From assembly GCA_021801225.1 (NCBI GenBank), contig JAJYYF010000012.1, positions 125,027-189,026 of the forward strand: a stretch of 64,000 nucleotides of DNA, written 5' to 3'. Origin of the DNA: Candidatus Micrarchaeota archaeon. GTDB taxonomy: Archaea > Micrarchaeota > Micrarchaeia > Micrarchaeales > CABMGC01. The translations under genes were made by a program, and so were the position numbers. The notes beneath the pieces are model-generated. The model saw only the letters and a list, made by a program, of their open reading frames with translations. It ran no database searches and was not told the origin of the DNA. Every line of letters begins with the position of its first letter. The first letter of the stretch is position 1. Positions 53,928 to 63,368 of this stretch are shown one piece after another.

Positions 53928-54663
53928 AAAAAAGCTTAACCAAATATTTGCTTCAATTCTTTTAAATAGTATATACGCTATGAAAAATTATCCTATAATG
54001 TTCATAAATACCCTTTTATCTCCATTATCAATGCTTGTTATAATCGTAATAGTCAGTAGGGGCGCATTAATAGGTGTGGGCATAGAGGGTGCATTTATAA
54101 TGACTATGCTATCCGGAGGTCTTAGTTTGCAAGGAGATCTCTCTCATCTTAAAAATGATTTTAAATTGCAAGATATAGTTGTAAGTTCACCAACAACATC
54201 ATTTATTTATATGATTGGTATGGGTCTTTCTGAACTCATATACATAATACCTACTCTTATCGTACTTCTTATTTTAGCAATACTTTTTATACATGCAACT
54301 ATCGTTCAAGCACTAATAATGTTAATTGCTTTGATAATAATATTTTTGTTTTCCATATCATTAGGATTTTTCTTATCGACCTTCACATCTGATGTAATGC
54401 AAAGCTGGGGTATGACAAATGTAATCTCGACATTATTATCTACAATACCTCCTGTTTACTATTTAATTACATATATACCAATGCCTTTTCAGTACATCGC
54501 ATACATATCTCCGACAACATATGCCGCAGAGATACTTCAAAGTATTACTGGCTATCTTCAAATAACACCATTAAATTTTTATGTTGATTGGTTAGTATTA
54601 ATAATTTTAACTGTTATTATGTTAGTGCTATCTATAAGGAAGTCAAGATGGCGTGAAAATTAA
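53908..54663 (+). CDS. ABC-2-type transporter permease
   Basis: Six predicted TM helices; overlaps the ATPase gene. Confidence 0.7.
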   Translation: MIMMNTKKKLNQIFASILLNSIYAMKNYPIMFINTLLSPLSMLVIIVIVSRGALIGVGIEGAFIMTMLSGGLSLQGDLSHLKNDFKLQDIVVSSPTTSFIYMIGMGLSELIYIIPTLIVLLILAILFIHATIVQALIMLIALIIIFLFSISLGFFLSTFTSDVMQSWGMTNVISTLLSTIPPVYYLITYIPMPFQYIAYISPTTYAAEILQSITGYLQITPLNFYVDWLVLIILTVIMLVLSIRKSRWREN

Positions 54664-54705
54664 ATAAAAAGTGATTATATTAAAAAAATAGATCCGAAAA
54701 AGGCA

Positions 54706-55683
54706 TTGTTTAAGAAAAGTAAAGAATTAGGAGAGGGCTACATAAAAGGCCCTAACCTAGAAAAAAATTTAGATATTAATGAGTTTATAGAATCATTTTC
54801 TGATATAGGTTTTCAAGCAACTAATCTCGGTAAGGCAATATCCCTTGTTAAAAAGATGCAAAAAGAAAACGCAAAAATATTTTTGGGCTTCACCTCAAAT
54901 ATAACAACAAGCGGTCTACGTGAAATACTGAGTTATTTGACAAAGCATAAACTTGTTCATTTTCTTGTAACTACTACTGGTGGTCTAGAAGAAGACATTA
55001 TAAAAACACACGGTCCATTTTTAAAAGGTTCATTCGATGCTGATGGTGCATACTTAAGGAAAAATGGAGTAAATCGTTCTGGAAATATTTTTGTACCTAA
55101 TGAAAGATATATTTGGTTTGAAAAATTTATGCACTCTTCATTAGAAAAATTATACTCCAAAAATAAAAATTCTGGGAAGGTTATCGATTCGGTAGAACTT
55201 GTTGAGTTTTTAGGCAACGAGGTTGAAAAATTAAAAAATCATGAAGAAAGTTTTACTTACTGGTGTTATAAAAACAAAATTCCTTTGCTATGTGTGCCTT
55301 TAGCCGACGGTGCAATTGGAGATCATATTTACTTTTTCAAAAAAGAACATAAGGATTTTGTAATCGATTTATCAAAAGAGGTTGAGTTACTTTACGATAC
55401 TGTGATAAATGCTGATAAAACAGGTGCAATACTTTTAGGCGGTTCAGTACCAAAACATCATATAATGAATGCATTAATGTTGAGAGAAGGTGCTGATTAT
55501 ACTGTTTATATAAACACAGGTTATGAACAAGAAGGGAGTAATGCTGGTGCAAATCCAGAAGAAGCAAAAAGCTGGGGTAAAGCAGCTCCAGATGGAAACA
55601 ATGTCAAGGTATGGGGAGAAGCATCTATACTCTTTCCATTACTTATAATGGGCGCATTTGTTCATAAAAATATTAATGATTAG
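54706..55683 (+). CDS. dys: deoxyhypusine synthase
   Basis: GFTSNITTSGLREI, TTGGLEEDI and GGSVPKHHIMNA match DHS motifs. TTG start. Confidence 0.9.
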   Translation: MFKKSKELGEGYIKGPNLEKNLDINEFIESFSDIGFQATNLGKAISLVKKMQKENAKIFLGFTSNITTSGLREILSYLTKHKLVHFLVTTTGGLEEDIIKTHGPFLKGSFDADGAYLRKNGVNRSGNIFVPNERYIWFEKFMHSSLEKLYSKNKNSGKVIDSVELVEFLGNEVEKLKNHEESFTYWCYKNKIPLLCVPLADGAIGDHIYFFKKEHKDFVIDLSKEVELLYDTVINADKTGAILLGGSVPKHHIMNALMLREGADYTVYINTGYEQEGSNAGANPEEAKSWGKAAPDGNNVKVWGEASILFPLLIMGAFVHKNIND

Positions 55684-55743
55684 TTATTAAAACTTCAATA
55701 TAGAAGGGTTTTTATTCTTTTTCAACCTCTTTAATGTGATAAA

Positions 55744-56652
55744 ATGCCCAATAAATATGATGACAAAATAATGGATAGAAGTTACCTACGTAAGCACTCT
55801 ATCCGTGTAATATTAATAGCACTCATATCATTTTTTAGTCTTTACATCATTACAAAATACTTCTCGTTAACACCTTCTAACAATGGACAAGAAATTGCAC
55901 TTAGTGCAATAATAGGTATTTTAGGAATAGAGATGTTGGGTTTTATACTTCACATATCTCTTAAATCTACGGTTAAAAACGAGGAATCTGGAACATTAAG
56001 AAATTTATTTAGAATAATTGGTTACTCTATACTTATATTATTTTTATTATCACTTTTTTCAATAAATATAACTGGATTGCTAGTAAGTGCAGGATTTTTA
56101 GGTGTAGTTTTAGGTTTAGCTGCACAATCAACATTATCTAACTTTATAGCTGGTATATACCTGCTTTCAAGTAAGGCCTTTGAACCTGAAGACAGAGTAA
56201 CTATACATACATGGCAGTATAACATGGTCCCTCAAAGTTACCCTCATGATAAATTTGTGCCTGGCTTTTCAGGGGTAATTAAAAATATCGGTTTGTTGTA
56301 TACTGAACTGACTAGTGATGAAAATATTCCTGTGTATGTGCCTAATAGTATAGTTGTTCAAGCCTTGGTACTAAATTATAGAAGGGCAACTGAGAATACA
56401 ATTAGTTTACAATTTGATTTATCAGTAGATATTTCTTACTCAGATATAAAGAAAGTAGTAAAAGAGGTACTAGAAAATAAAAAAATAAAGAGTTATCATA
56501 TGAATATAGAGTATCTGCATAATGATGTTTATGTAATTACTGTAAATCTAGTTTATGATTTTAAAGAAAGAAGGGAACTACGTTCAGAGATATACGAAAA
56601 AATAATAGAAAGGTATCTTAAAAAAACTAAAAAATCCCGTTCTAAAAAATAA
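55744..56652 (+). CDS. MscS-family mechanosensitive channel
   Basis: Pore-lining helix GFLGVVLGLAAQSTLSNFIAGIYLL followed by a beta domain. Confidence 0.85.
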   Translation: MPNKYDDKIMDRSYLRKHSIRVILIALISFFSLYIITKYFSLTPSNNGQEIALSAIIGILGIEMLGFILHISLKSTVKNEESGTLRNLFRIIGYSILILFLLSLFSINITGLLVSAGFLGVVLGLAAQSTLSNFIAGIYLLSSKAFEPEDRVTIHTWQYNMVPQSYPHDKFVPGFSGVIKNIGLLYTELTSDENIPVYVPNSIVVQALVLNYRRATENTISLQFDLSVDISYSDIKKVVKEVLENKKIKSYHMNIEYLHNDVYVITVNLVYDFKERRELRSEIYEKIIERYLKKTKKSRSKK

Positions 56653-56657
56653 AACAT

Positions 56658-56990
56658 TTAACTTATTCCAATAAACGCGGTTCCCAAAGCTATCACTAAG
56701 ATTCCTATCCACCTTAATAATGTTATTGGTTCGTTTATAAAAAACAATGCAAAGAGACTTGCAAAAATGTAACTTAAACCTCCTAAACCATACGTCCAAC
56801 TTAAGTGCGCCCTTCCTAAAACATATAAATAAATTATTGTAGAAACTCCATAACTAAGTATCCCTAGAATTAGAAAAAATATTAAATTAATACCTAAACT
56901 GTCTAAACCAATTTTAAAAAGCAGTTGTCCTAAGGCTCCAAGTATTGTACTAAAAACAAGCATTACTATAAATAATTTTTTACTATTCAT
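56658..56990 (-). CDS. small 4-TM EamA/SMR-like (DMT superfamily) protein, subunit 2
   Basis: 110 aa with four TM helices; adjacent to a paralogous 119-aa gene, the typical arrangement of paired half-size DMT/ArnE-ArnF-like proteins. Confidence 0.55.
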   Translation of the reverse strand: MNSKKLFIVMLVFSTILGALGQLLFKIGLDSLGINLIFFLILGILSYGVSTIIYLYVLGRAHLSWTYGLGGLSYIFASLFALFFINEPITLLRWIGILVIALGTAFIGIS

Positions 56991-56997
56991 TAAATCA

Positions 56998-57357
56998 CTA
57001 ATAAGTCATTGCCACTATTATAACTCCGATTACTATCAGAGTGATACCAATTCCTCTATAAAGTGTTATAGGTTCATTTAATTTTAATTTAGCTATAATA
57101 AAAACAAACAAAAACGTAGTCGCAAAGGTTGGATATACAAAGGATAACTCTCCAGAGGATAAAGCAATAAGATAAAAAACCAAACTTATTAAATAAACAA
57201 ATATACTTATTATAAGGAATTTATTCTTAAATAAAGAAAATATACCTTTAAGATCAATGCTAAATTTGTGTATTGATTTTTTCATTAAGTACTGTGACGT
57301 TGCAGCTATTGCAGCAGCTATCAAAGTAAAACCTATAACCTCAATCTCATTTAGCAA
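56998..57357 (-). CDS. small 4-TM EamA/SMR-like (DMT superfamily) protein, subunit 1
   Basis: 119 aa, four TM helices, C-terminal LNEPITLYRGIGITLIVIGV typical of EamA-type repeats. Confidence 0.55.
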   Translation of the reverse strand: MLNEIEVIGFTLIAAAIAATSQYLMKKSIHKFSIDLKGIFSLFKNKFLIISIFVYLISLVFYLIALSSGELSFVYPTFATTFLFVFIIAKLKLNEPITLYRGIGITLIVIGVIIVAMTY

Positions 57358-57404
57358 TTAATCATCATATTTATTCTAATGATTAGTTATAAAACACTAT
57401 AGCT

Positions 57405-59039
57405 TTATTCAAATATTGGTAGCTCTTTAAGTCTTAAAAATTCATTAATACTAATTATTTTAATGTCTTCATTTTGAATTTTGCTATACTTTTCAAAAAC
57501 TGAGTCATTGCACAGGACCAATACTTTATCAAAAGTCTTAAATCTTTCATTTATCATTTTTTCTGAATCATCAAACTTCTTTAATCCAGTTTCATACTCT
57601 ACAGCGATCTTTAAGTTATTTTTTTCAAATGTAAGGTCAGGTCCATAGGCTTTGTTATAAATTAAAGAGTAAGTTCCTAATTTTTCAAGATGCATTTTAA
57701 TTAAATAAATACTTATTTCGTGCTCTGAGGTATTTTTTGCAAATTGTAAATACCAAATATCATCATATTCAGAGTTAATAGAAATTTTAAAGCTTTTTAT
57801 TCTTTGCACATTTTCCAAATAATCTAATGTCTTTTCAATATCTAAAATATCTATTCCTTTATCATTGAAATTTTTTTCAATCTCAGCTTTTCTTTTAGGC
57901 TCTCTTATAAATTCTTGTAATAAATACTCTAAAGGTTCTCTATCCTTTTTTACTTTTTCAAATTTTACTAAAAGTGGATCTATTGTATTGTAATCTATAG
58001 CAATAGCCTCTCCTACTCTTAGGTTTCTAAATGATGATTTTATCTTAGATAAACGATCCCCATCACTACCTCCTGAGATATAGCTAGATAAATAATTAAG
58101 CTCCTCAGGCTCTCTCGTATAAAAACTTAAAAACAATGAAGAATTTGCACGCACATCCTTGTCCAATGTTTTTGCACTTTGAGAAATTGCAATAATGCCT
58201 ACTCCATACTTTCTACCTTCTGAAACAAGTCTACCTAATATTGGATTGTCACCTAACTTTCCAGCTTCATCTACTAACACATATGTATTGAGCTTTTCAT
58301 TTTTTGTAGAAACAGCATAAGAGTAAATCTGCCGTAACAACTCCTCCATAAATATTCCTTGTGAGTCAGCTGTACTCAATCCTCCTAGTGTAATGATACT
58401 TTTTGAGTTCATTAATTCCGATAATCTCAACTTGTTTTTCTTTTCTAAATGTTCCAAAACACTTAATCTTCCCTTCAAGTACTCTAACATATTGAGTTCA
58501 GTTCTTTTACCATTACTTTCTGCATTTTTTTTAAAAACATTAATTGTAAATAAAAGAGACGAAAAAGACGCCTCAAGATTCTTTCTTTCTGATATTTCAT
58601 AAGTATACTTTATACATCTATATAAACAATTTCTCTGGACATGACCGAGCTTCAAATGCCGTTGAAATAAATCTGATAACTCTGCAGTTTTATCAACTAT
58701 TGAAACATTGCCTTTTTCAAAAATATTTATACCATCATATCTCGCATTATAAATTTTAGCTGAAGTCTCATTTGCAATGCTCCCATAATCATTTTTAGGA
58801 TCTATCACTATAAAGTTATAATTATTCTTCGAAAGCTCTTTTATTATCGCATTAGCAGCATTTGATTTTCCAGAGCCACTCTGACCTGTTATTGCTATAT
58901 GTGGATTTATCCTACCTGTTAATTTAAGATATTTTTTAAAAAAAACTTTTTTCCAAACAAAATTAAACTCACCGTTAATCGCTATTCTTTTTCTTTTTAA
59001 TATATATAAAATTCTACAAGTTCCACTAACCCTACTCAT
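57405..59039 (-). CDS. HerA/FtsK-like (DUF87-type) P-loop ATPase fused to a C-terminal PD-(D/E)xK-like nuclease module
   Basis: Walker A HIAITGQSGSGKSN, then IVIDPKNDY; Walker B YVLVDEAGK; GIIAISQS. The C-terminus SEHEISIYLIKMHLEKLG...GPDLTF...KIAVEYETG resembles a restriction-endonuclease/Hjc-like core (E...PD...E.E). Confidence 0.6.
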   Translation of the reverse strand: MSRVSGTCRILYILKRKRIAINGEFNFVWKKVFFKKYLKLTGRINPHIAITGQSGSGKSNAANAIIKELSKNNYNFIVIDPKNDYGSIANETSAKIYNARYDGINIFEKGNVSIVDKTAELSDLFQRHLKLGHVQRNCLYRCIKYTYEISERKNLEASFSSLLFTINVFKKNAESNGKRTELNMLEYLKGRLSVLEHLEKKNKLRLSELMNSKSIITLGGLSTADSQGIFMEELLRQIYSYAVSTKNEKLNTYVLVDEAGKLGDNPILGRLVSEGRKYGVGIIAISQSAKTLDKDVRANSSLFLSFYTREPEELNYLSSYISGGSDGDRLSKIKSSFRNLRVGEAIAIDYNTIDPLLVKFEKVKKDREPLEYLLQEFIREPKRKAEIEKNFNDKGIDILDIEKTLDYLENVQRIKSFKISINSEYDDIWYLQFAKNTSEHEISIYLIKMHLEKLGTYSLIYNKAYGPDLTFEKNNLKIAVEYETGLKKFDDSEKMINERFKTFDKVLVLCNDSVFEKYSKIQNEDIKIISINEFLRLKELPIFE

Positions 59040-59060
59040 AAAATCACATAAAAATACTTT

Positions 59061-59909
59061 TTATTCTGAAATAAGTTTCTTAACCAAACTTAACTCTTCT
59101 AATTCTTCAGTTTTATCTGTTCTGGGCGTTTCAAGAATGAAATTCATTTTATTTATTCCTTTATAAGAAAAGAATTTTTTAAAGCCTTCAACCCCAATAC
59201 TCCCCTTTCCTATGCACTCGTGTCTATCTCTTTTAGAACCAAGTTCATAAATAGCATCATTCAAATGAATTACTTTTATATTTTCAAGTCCTATTTTGTC
59301 TTTAATTTCATCCAATACTTCTTTTTTAGTTATATCATAACCTGCAGCAAACAAATGGCAGGTATCAATACAAAAACCTTTTTCATCAGTATTTAAGTTA
59401 TCAAATATTTCTTTAAGATCATCCAAGTAAGAACCTACACTATTTTTCTGGCCTGCTTGATTTTCTAAAAGTATTGAAACTCCATTGTTAACCTTTTTTA
59501 TTTTATTTATTCCAGAAATGACTCTTTTTATTCCATTTTCTTTTCCAGTTCCTAGTTCACTACCCAAATGCGCGATTACATATGGTATCTCTAAAGTAGC
59601 GCACTCATTCACTATACTCTCCATAATCTTTATTGATTTTTCATATACCTCTTCTTTAGGTGAAGCAACGTTTGGCAAGTATGGCATATGTACAAAAATA
59701 GGCTTTATATCATAGGTCTTCGTTTTTTCTAGAAACTTCTTCTTCTCTTCTGGAGATGACTTTTCCAATGCCCATGTTCTTGGACTACTTAAAAATATCT
59801 GCATCGATGTGCATCCTATCTCAGATGCATAATCAAATGATTTTGAAATTCCTCCAGCAATAGATACATGATAACCCAATCTTACCAAAAAATCACTTAC
59901 AAAGTTCAT
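59061..59909 (-). CDS. nfo: endonuclease IV (AP endonuclease, TIM barrel)
   Basis: VHMPYLPNVASP, AHLGS, ENQAGQ, IDTCHLFAAGYD and HLNDA match the Nfo metal-binding motifs. Confidence 0.85.
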   Translation of the reverse strand: MNFVSDFLVRLGYHVSIAGGISKSFDYASEIGCTSMQIFLSSPRTWALEKSSPEEKKKFLEKTKTYDIKPIFVHMPYLPNVASPKEEVYEKSIKIMESIVNECATLEIPYVIAHLGSELGTGKENGIKRVISGINKIKKVNNGVSILLENQAGQKNSVGSYLDDLKEIFDNLNTDEKGFCIDTCHLFAAGYDITKKEVLDEIKDKIGLENIKVIHLNDAIYELGSKRDRHECIGKGSIGVEGFKKFFSYKGINKMNFILETPRTDKTEELEELSLVKKLISE

Positions 59910-60444
59910 ATGCTTCTTTTACAATTTCAATTTCATCATTTCTTAAAGCTTCGTTCTGATAAAACTTTTTATTATCTAAAATAAAGCTTAAAATTTCTAT
60001 TCTATCTACATTTTTCTTTGCAGTCTCAGCTATAATTTTAGGAACACTATCTATCTTCATTGTATTTGCAAAATCTAAAATCCACTCATCTATTGTTTTT
60101 GCAAAGTTCATAAGTATTTTTATTTGTGTTACTGCCATCAAAAACTTCTTTAACTCATTAATCCTTTCTATTATTAAAGGATCATTTTCAGAATCTTCTT
60201 TTTCTTTAATAAACTTGCCATAATTTTCTACAATCTGTTTTTCTTGCTCTAACAAATTATTTATTATTAACATATCCATCTCAATTTCTGATGATTTATC
60301 TGGTAACTTAATGACATTTCCATTTATCTCTAATCGGTTTTCCTTTATCTCTATATGTAATGTATCAATCGCTTCGAGTATCAACTCATTTTTTGCTCTT
60401 ACTAATAAGTCCTGCGCAATCATCCATTTTGGAGTATCTACCAT
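59893..60444 (-). CDS. hypothetical helical protein
   Basis: 183 aa, acidic, with no recognised motif. Overlaps the nfo start by 17 nt. Confidence 0.4.
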   Translation of the reverse strand: MVDTPKWMIAQDLLVRAKNELILEAIDTLHIEIKENRLEINGNVIKLPDKSSEIEMDMLIINNLLEQEKQIVENYGKFIKEKEDSENDPLIIERINELKKFLMAVTQIKILMNFAKTIDEWILDFANTMKIDSVPKIIAETAKKNVDRIEILSFILDNKKFYQNEALRNDEIEIVKEAYELCK

Positions 60445-60462
60445 GTTATTCTTATATATTTT

Positions 60463-61119
60463 ATGAAATTAAATATATATAATGAGGGTATTCAAATGGA
60501 AAATGAAGTAATTATAAATACAAGTAATGACGTTTACCCACCATCGGAAGACAGTTACTTATTGATAGATACGCTTCTATCATATCTCAAAGATTCAAAA
60601 AACTCAAATCTTTCATTACTTGATATAGGGACAGGAACAGGAGTTATAGGAATCTCTTCTGTAAAAAGTAATCGTATAAGTAAATTAACATTATCAGATA
60701 TAAATCCAAAAGCAGTTTCATTAACAAAAAACAATGTAAAGGAAAATCAAAATATCTTAAATGCTATAAAAGTAAATGTTCTTCAAAGCGATCTTTTTTC
60801 TAATATCCCTAAAGAGAAATATGATATAATAACATTTAATCCTCCATATCTACCAAATGAAGAAAATAGTAAGATACTTACTGAAGCATTTTTTGGAGGT
60901 TGGTCTGGCATAGAGGTTACTCAGTCATTTTTAAAGAGTTCATTGGAGTATCTATCTGATGATGGAGTAATTTTTATAGTTTCAAGTTCCTTAGGTAATA
61001 TGGAAAAACTAATGTTGTTTATAAAAAACTTAAATTTAGAAATTAAAATGCAAGAAAAAGTACATATATTCTTTGAGGATATAATATGTTCTGTACTGTA
61101 TTTAAAAAATAAAAATTAA
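60463..61119 (+). CDS. HemK/PrmC(Mtq2)-like N5-glutamine methyltransferase
   Basis: SAM motif LLDIGTGTGVIG and catalytic NPPY (ITFNPPYLP). The probable start is the ATG at 60496, preceded by GAGGGT. Confidence 0.75.
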   Translation: MKLNIYNEGIQMENEVIINTSNDVYPPSEDSYLLIDTLLSYLKDSKNSNLSLLDIGTGTGVIGISSVKSNRISKLTLSDINPKAVSLTKNNVKENQNILNAIKVNVLQSDLFSNIPKEKYDIITFNPPYLPNEENSKILTEAFFGGWSGIEVTQSFLKSSLEYLSDDGVIFIVSSSLGNMEKLMLFIKNLNLEIKMQEKVHIFFEDIICSVLYLKNKN

Positions 61120-61130
61120 TTGGTAATTTA

Positions 61131-61451
61131 ATGGATGTGAAAGAGTTAGACTTTGAAGAATCTATAAACTTTGTAAAACAAAATAAAACTGCACTAGTTT
61201 GGATAGGCTCTGAACCTAAGGAATACATAGAAGAGGTATTAAATCTAGAAAAAAATACCTTAAAACAGCTATCTCCTGCGGAAATAACATCAATGGATAG
61301 TGATCAAGCTAAACTATATAATAATCATGTATTTGTTTGTTATCATGGTAATTCCTCTAGGTATGTTGTTAATTTCCTAAAAAATAAGCATAATGTAGAG
61401 TCAGTAAGCATGAAAGGAGGAGCAACAAGCGTTGTTGGAGAAATATTCTAA
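61131..61451 (+). CDS. rhodanese-like domain protein
   Basis: Active-site loop VCYHGNSSRY and the C-terminal KGG pattern. 106 aa. Confidence 0.55.
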   Translation: MDVKELDFEESINFVKQNKTALVWIGSEPKEYIEEVLNLEKNTLKQLSPAEITSMDSDQAKLYNNHVFVCYHGNSSRYVVNFLKNKHNVESVSMKGGATSVVGEIF

Positions 61452-62239
61452 TTTATTATTTTTTTCATCTCTCTTTTTCTTTCGTACATCCTTTTTTCAG
61501 CTAACTCGAAAAGCTTCCTCTCTAAAATTTCTGGAGTATAACCTTTTAGCTTTTTATTCATAACCTCGTCAATACGTGCTATGCCTTCTGCAAATGTTAA
61601 ATTAAACCTAAGCATATTTTCCTTATTTTTTATACTCTCTCCGAAGTTTATTTTTCTAAGTTCTTCTGTTATTCTCTTAACTAATTTTTGTGAAGATAAC
61701 TTATCTGTTTCTAATATTATTACAAACTCATCCGCTCCTGATCCCTTTCTATACGCAAAGTCGTAAGCCCTAATTGTTTTTAATATCGCAGTACCTAATC
61801 TTTTTATCGCAACATCCCCTAATCCGTGTCCTAAGGTATCATTTATCTTTTTAAGGTCATTTCCGTCTATTACTATAAACTCGATACCATTTGGTTTCTT
61901 TCCAGAACCCTTTTTATAATCATCCTGCTCTCTTAAATATCTAGAAATTATCATTTTTGTGTCATATTCATACTTTCTTTGATTTCCAAGACCTGTCATC
62001 TCGTCTGTAAGCAACATACGTTTTAATTTTGTATTTTCATCTCTCAATAATTTATTCTCTCTTTCTAAATTATTTATTCTTTCTTCGGTTGTAACCTTTG
62101 TAATAATGCCATTTCTACGTCTAAACATAGATTTAGCTTCATCTGGGGTAATTACCTCTCTAGGCCTTAGTACTGTTTCCAGTTCCAAATTTCTTATTGC
62201 ACTTGAAAATTTAACTATGCCTTCTTTTCTTTCGTTCAT
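61448..62239 (-). CDS. GGDEF-domain nucleotide cyclase (diguanylate-cyclase-like) with N-terminal coiled coil
   Basis: DEMTGLGNQRKYE, FIVIDGNDLKKINDTLGHGLGD, I-site-like RAYD, then YRKGSGADEFVIILE (variant of GG[DE]EF), and C-terminal AEKRMYERKRE. It is colinear with the PleD-type GGDEF domain. Confidence 0.75.
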   Translation of the reverse strand: MNERKEGIVKFSSAIRNLELETVLRPREVITPDEAKSMFRRRNGIITKVTTEERINNLERENKLLRDENTKLKRMLLTDEMTGLGNQRKYEYDTKMIISRYLREQDDYKKGSGKKPNGIEFIVIDGNDLKKINDTLGHGLGDVAIKRLGTAILKTIRAYDFAYRKGSGADEFVIILETDKLSSQKLVKRITEELRKINFGESIKNKENMLRFNLTFAEGIARIDEVMNKKLKGYTPEILERKLFELAEKRMYERKREMKKIIN

Positions 62240-62320
62240 AAAATATATTTTATCATTTTAGATATAAATACTTAATCTTTCAAGCTTTTTACGTGTGGAA
62301 AGTCAAAAAGCAACTCATTT

Positions 62321-62800
62321 TTAGGAAGAAGTTAAGGCAAAACTATTAAAATTAATATAAAACTCAAACCTCTTCAAAACCAAATTAAATTCATTAAAGA
62401 CATTTTTGGAGTTATTCGTCATTTTTTTAAATGAATGGAAGTTGGCTGGGTGGAGAGGCTCAGCTGCCTCTCCATTTATTATGCTTATGTTTGTCTCGAC
62501 TACTCCCTGCTTTGTTATTTTACAACGAAGTTCGAATGTCTTTTTGGAGTACTCACTTCTTTCTGAAATTATGCATTGATCTATGAGCTTAGCTATAGTG
62601 CCATTGATCTTTACAATATCTCTAACCTGCGAGTATTCCGGTTCAAAAAACACCTTCAAAAGGCTATACACAGCTAGCCACAATCTACTATAATGTTTTA
62701 TCTCTATAGAAAGATCGTTGCAGTCCAAAACCACATTTTTACTGATGTTTCTTTCAAGACACTGCATAATTTTCTCCCAACCAACCTTTTTTCCATTCAT
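62321..62800 (-). CDS. hypothetical protein
   Basis: 159 aa, no recognised motif; preceded by the SD-like GGGTGA. Confidence 0.4.
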   Translation of the reverse strand: MNGKKVGWEKIMQCLERNISKNVVLDCNDLSIEIKHYSRLWLAVYSLLKVFFEPEYSQVRDIVKINGTIAKLIDQCIISERSEYSKKTFELRCKITKQGVVETNISIINGEAAEPLHPANFHSFKKMTNNSKNVFNEFNLVLKRFEFYINFNSFALTSS

Positions 62801-63004
62801 TTTTTCACCCAGAAATAGACAGATATTTGGTTATCTGATACCAGTCGTATTTATTTTGCGCTCGACTTACGCTCTTTGCAATATTTATACTTTAGTAAAA
62901 TATATATACCTTACTAAAATTATTTACTTCAAGTAGATAATTATATAAACTTATACACGATATATTAATGTTGTTGAACAAAGGTTCAACGCACCCAGAA
63001 ATAG

Positions 63005-63025
63005 GGGGCAGCTAAACACTGCCCC
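63005..63025 (-). terminator. stem-loop just downstream of the 63030-63368 gene
   Basis: ggggcag-ctaaaca-ctgcccc (7-bp GC-rich stem) lies 5 nt after the stop codon. Confidence 0.35.
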
Positions 63026-63029
63026 TAAT

Positions 63030-63368
63030 TCATTGTTCTATTTTATAAACAGCCTCGCCTTCATTTACTTTATACCTTAATTTGATACCAACCGAATCAC
63101 CAGGATAAGCAGTATAAACATCATTTCTATTAATTTGCATACTAATTACCTTCTGTCTTACTGATTCATCTTCTGTTCCTATCTCTATAATATCTCCTGT
63201 ATTTAACTCGGAATCTAATTTTATTGCAACAACATTTATCTTTGAAAAATATCCCTCAACAAAACCTATCTGTATCTTATTTTTTGAGATCTCCTTTATC
63301 TCAACTCCCTTTTCTTTTTTCTTCTCTAATGTGTCCAATACATCCATTGCATTATCAAGGTCATACAT
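63030..63368 (-). CDS. small beta-barrel protein resembling translation-factor domain II
   Basis: GFVEGYFSKINVVAIKLDSELNTGDIIEI...YPGDSVGIKL resembles the EF-Tu domain-2-like barrel. 112 aa. Confidence 0.4.
   Translation of the reverse strand: MYDLDNAMDVLDTLEKKKEKGVEIKEISKNKIQIGFVEGYFSKINVVAIKLDSELNTGDIIEIGTEDESVRQKVISMQINRNDVYTAYPGDSVGIKLRYKVNEGEAVYKIEQ

Noticed and set aside
57355-57404. ATGATGA (C-box-like) on the minus strand between the HerA-like and EamA-like genes
   Set aside because: No D box follows, and the sequence runs straight into the start of the 56998-57357 gene.
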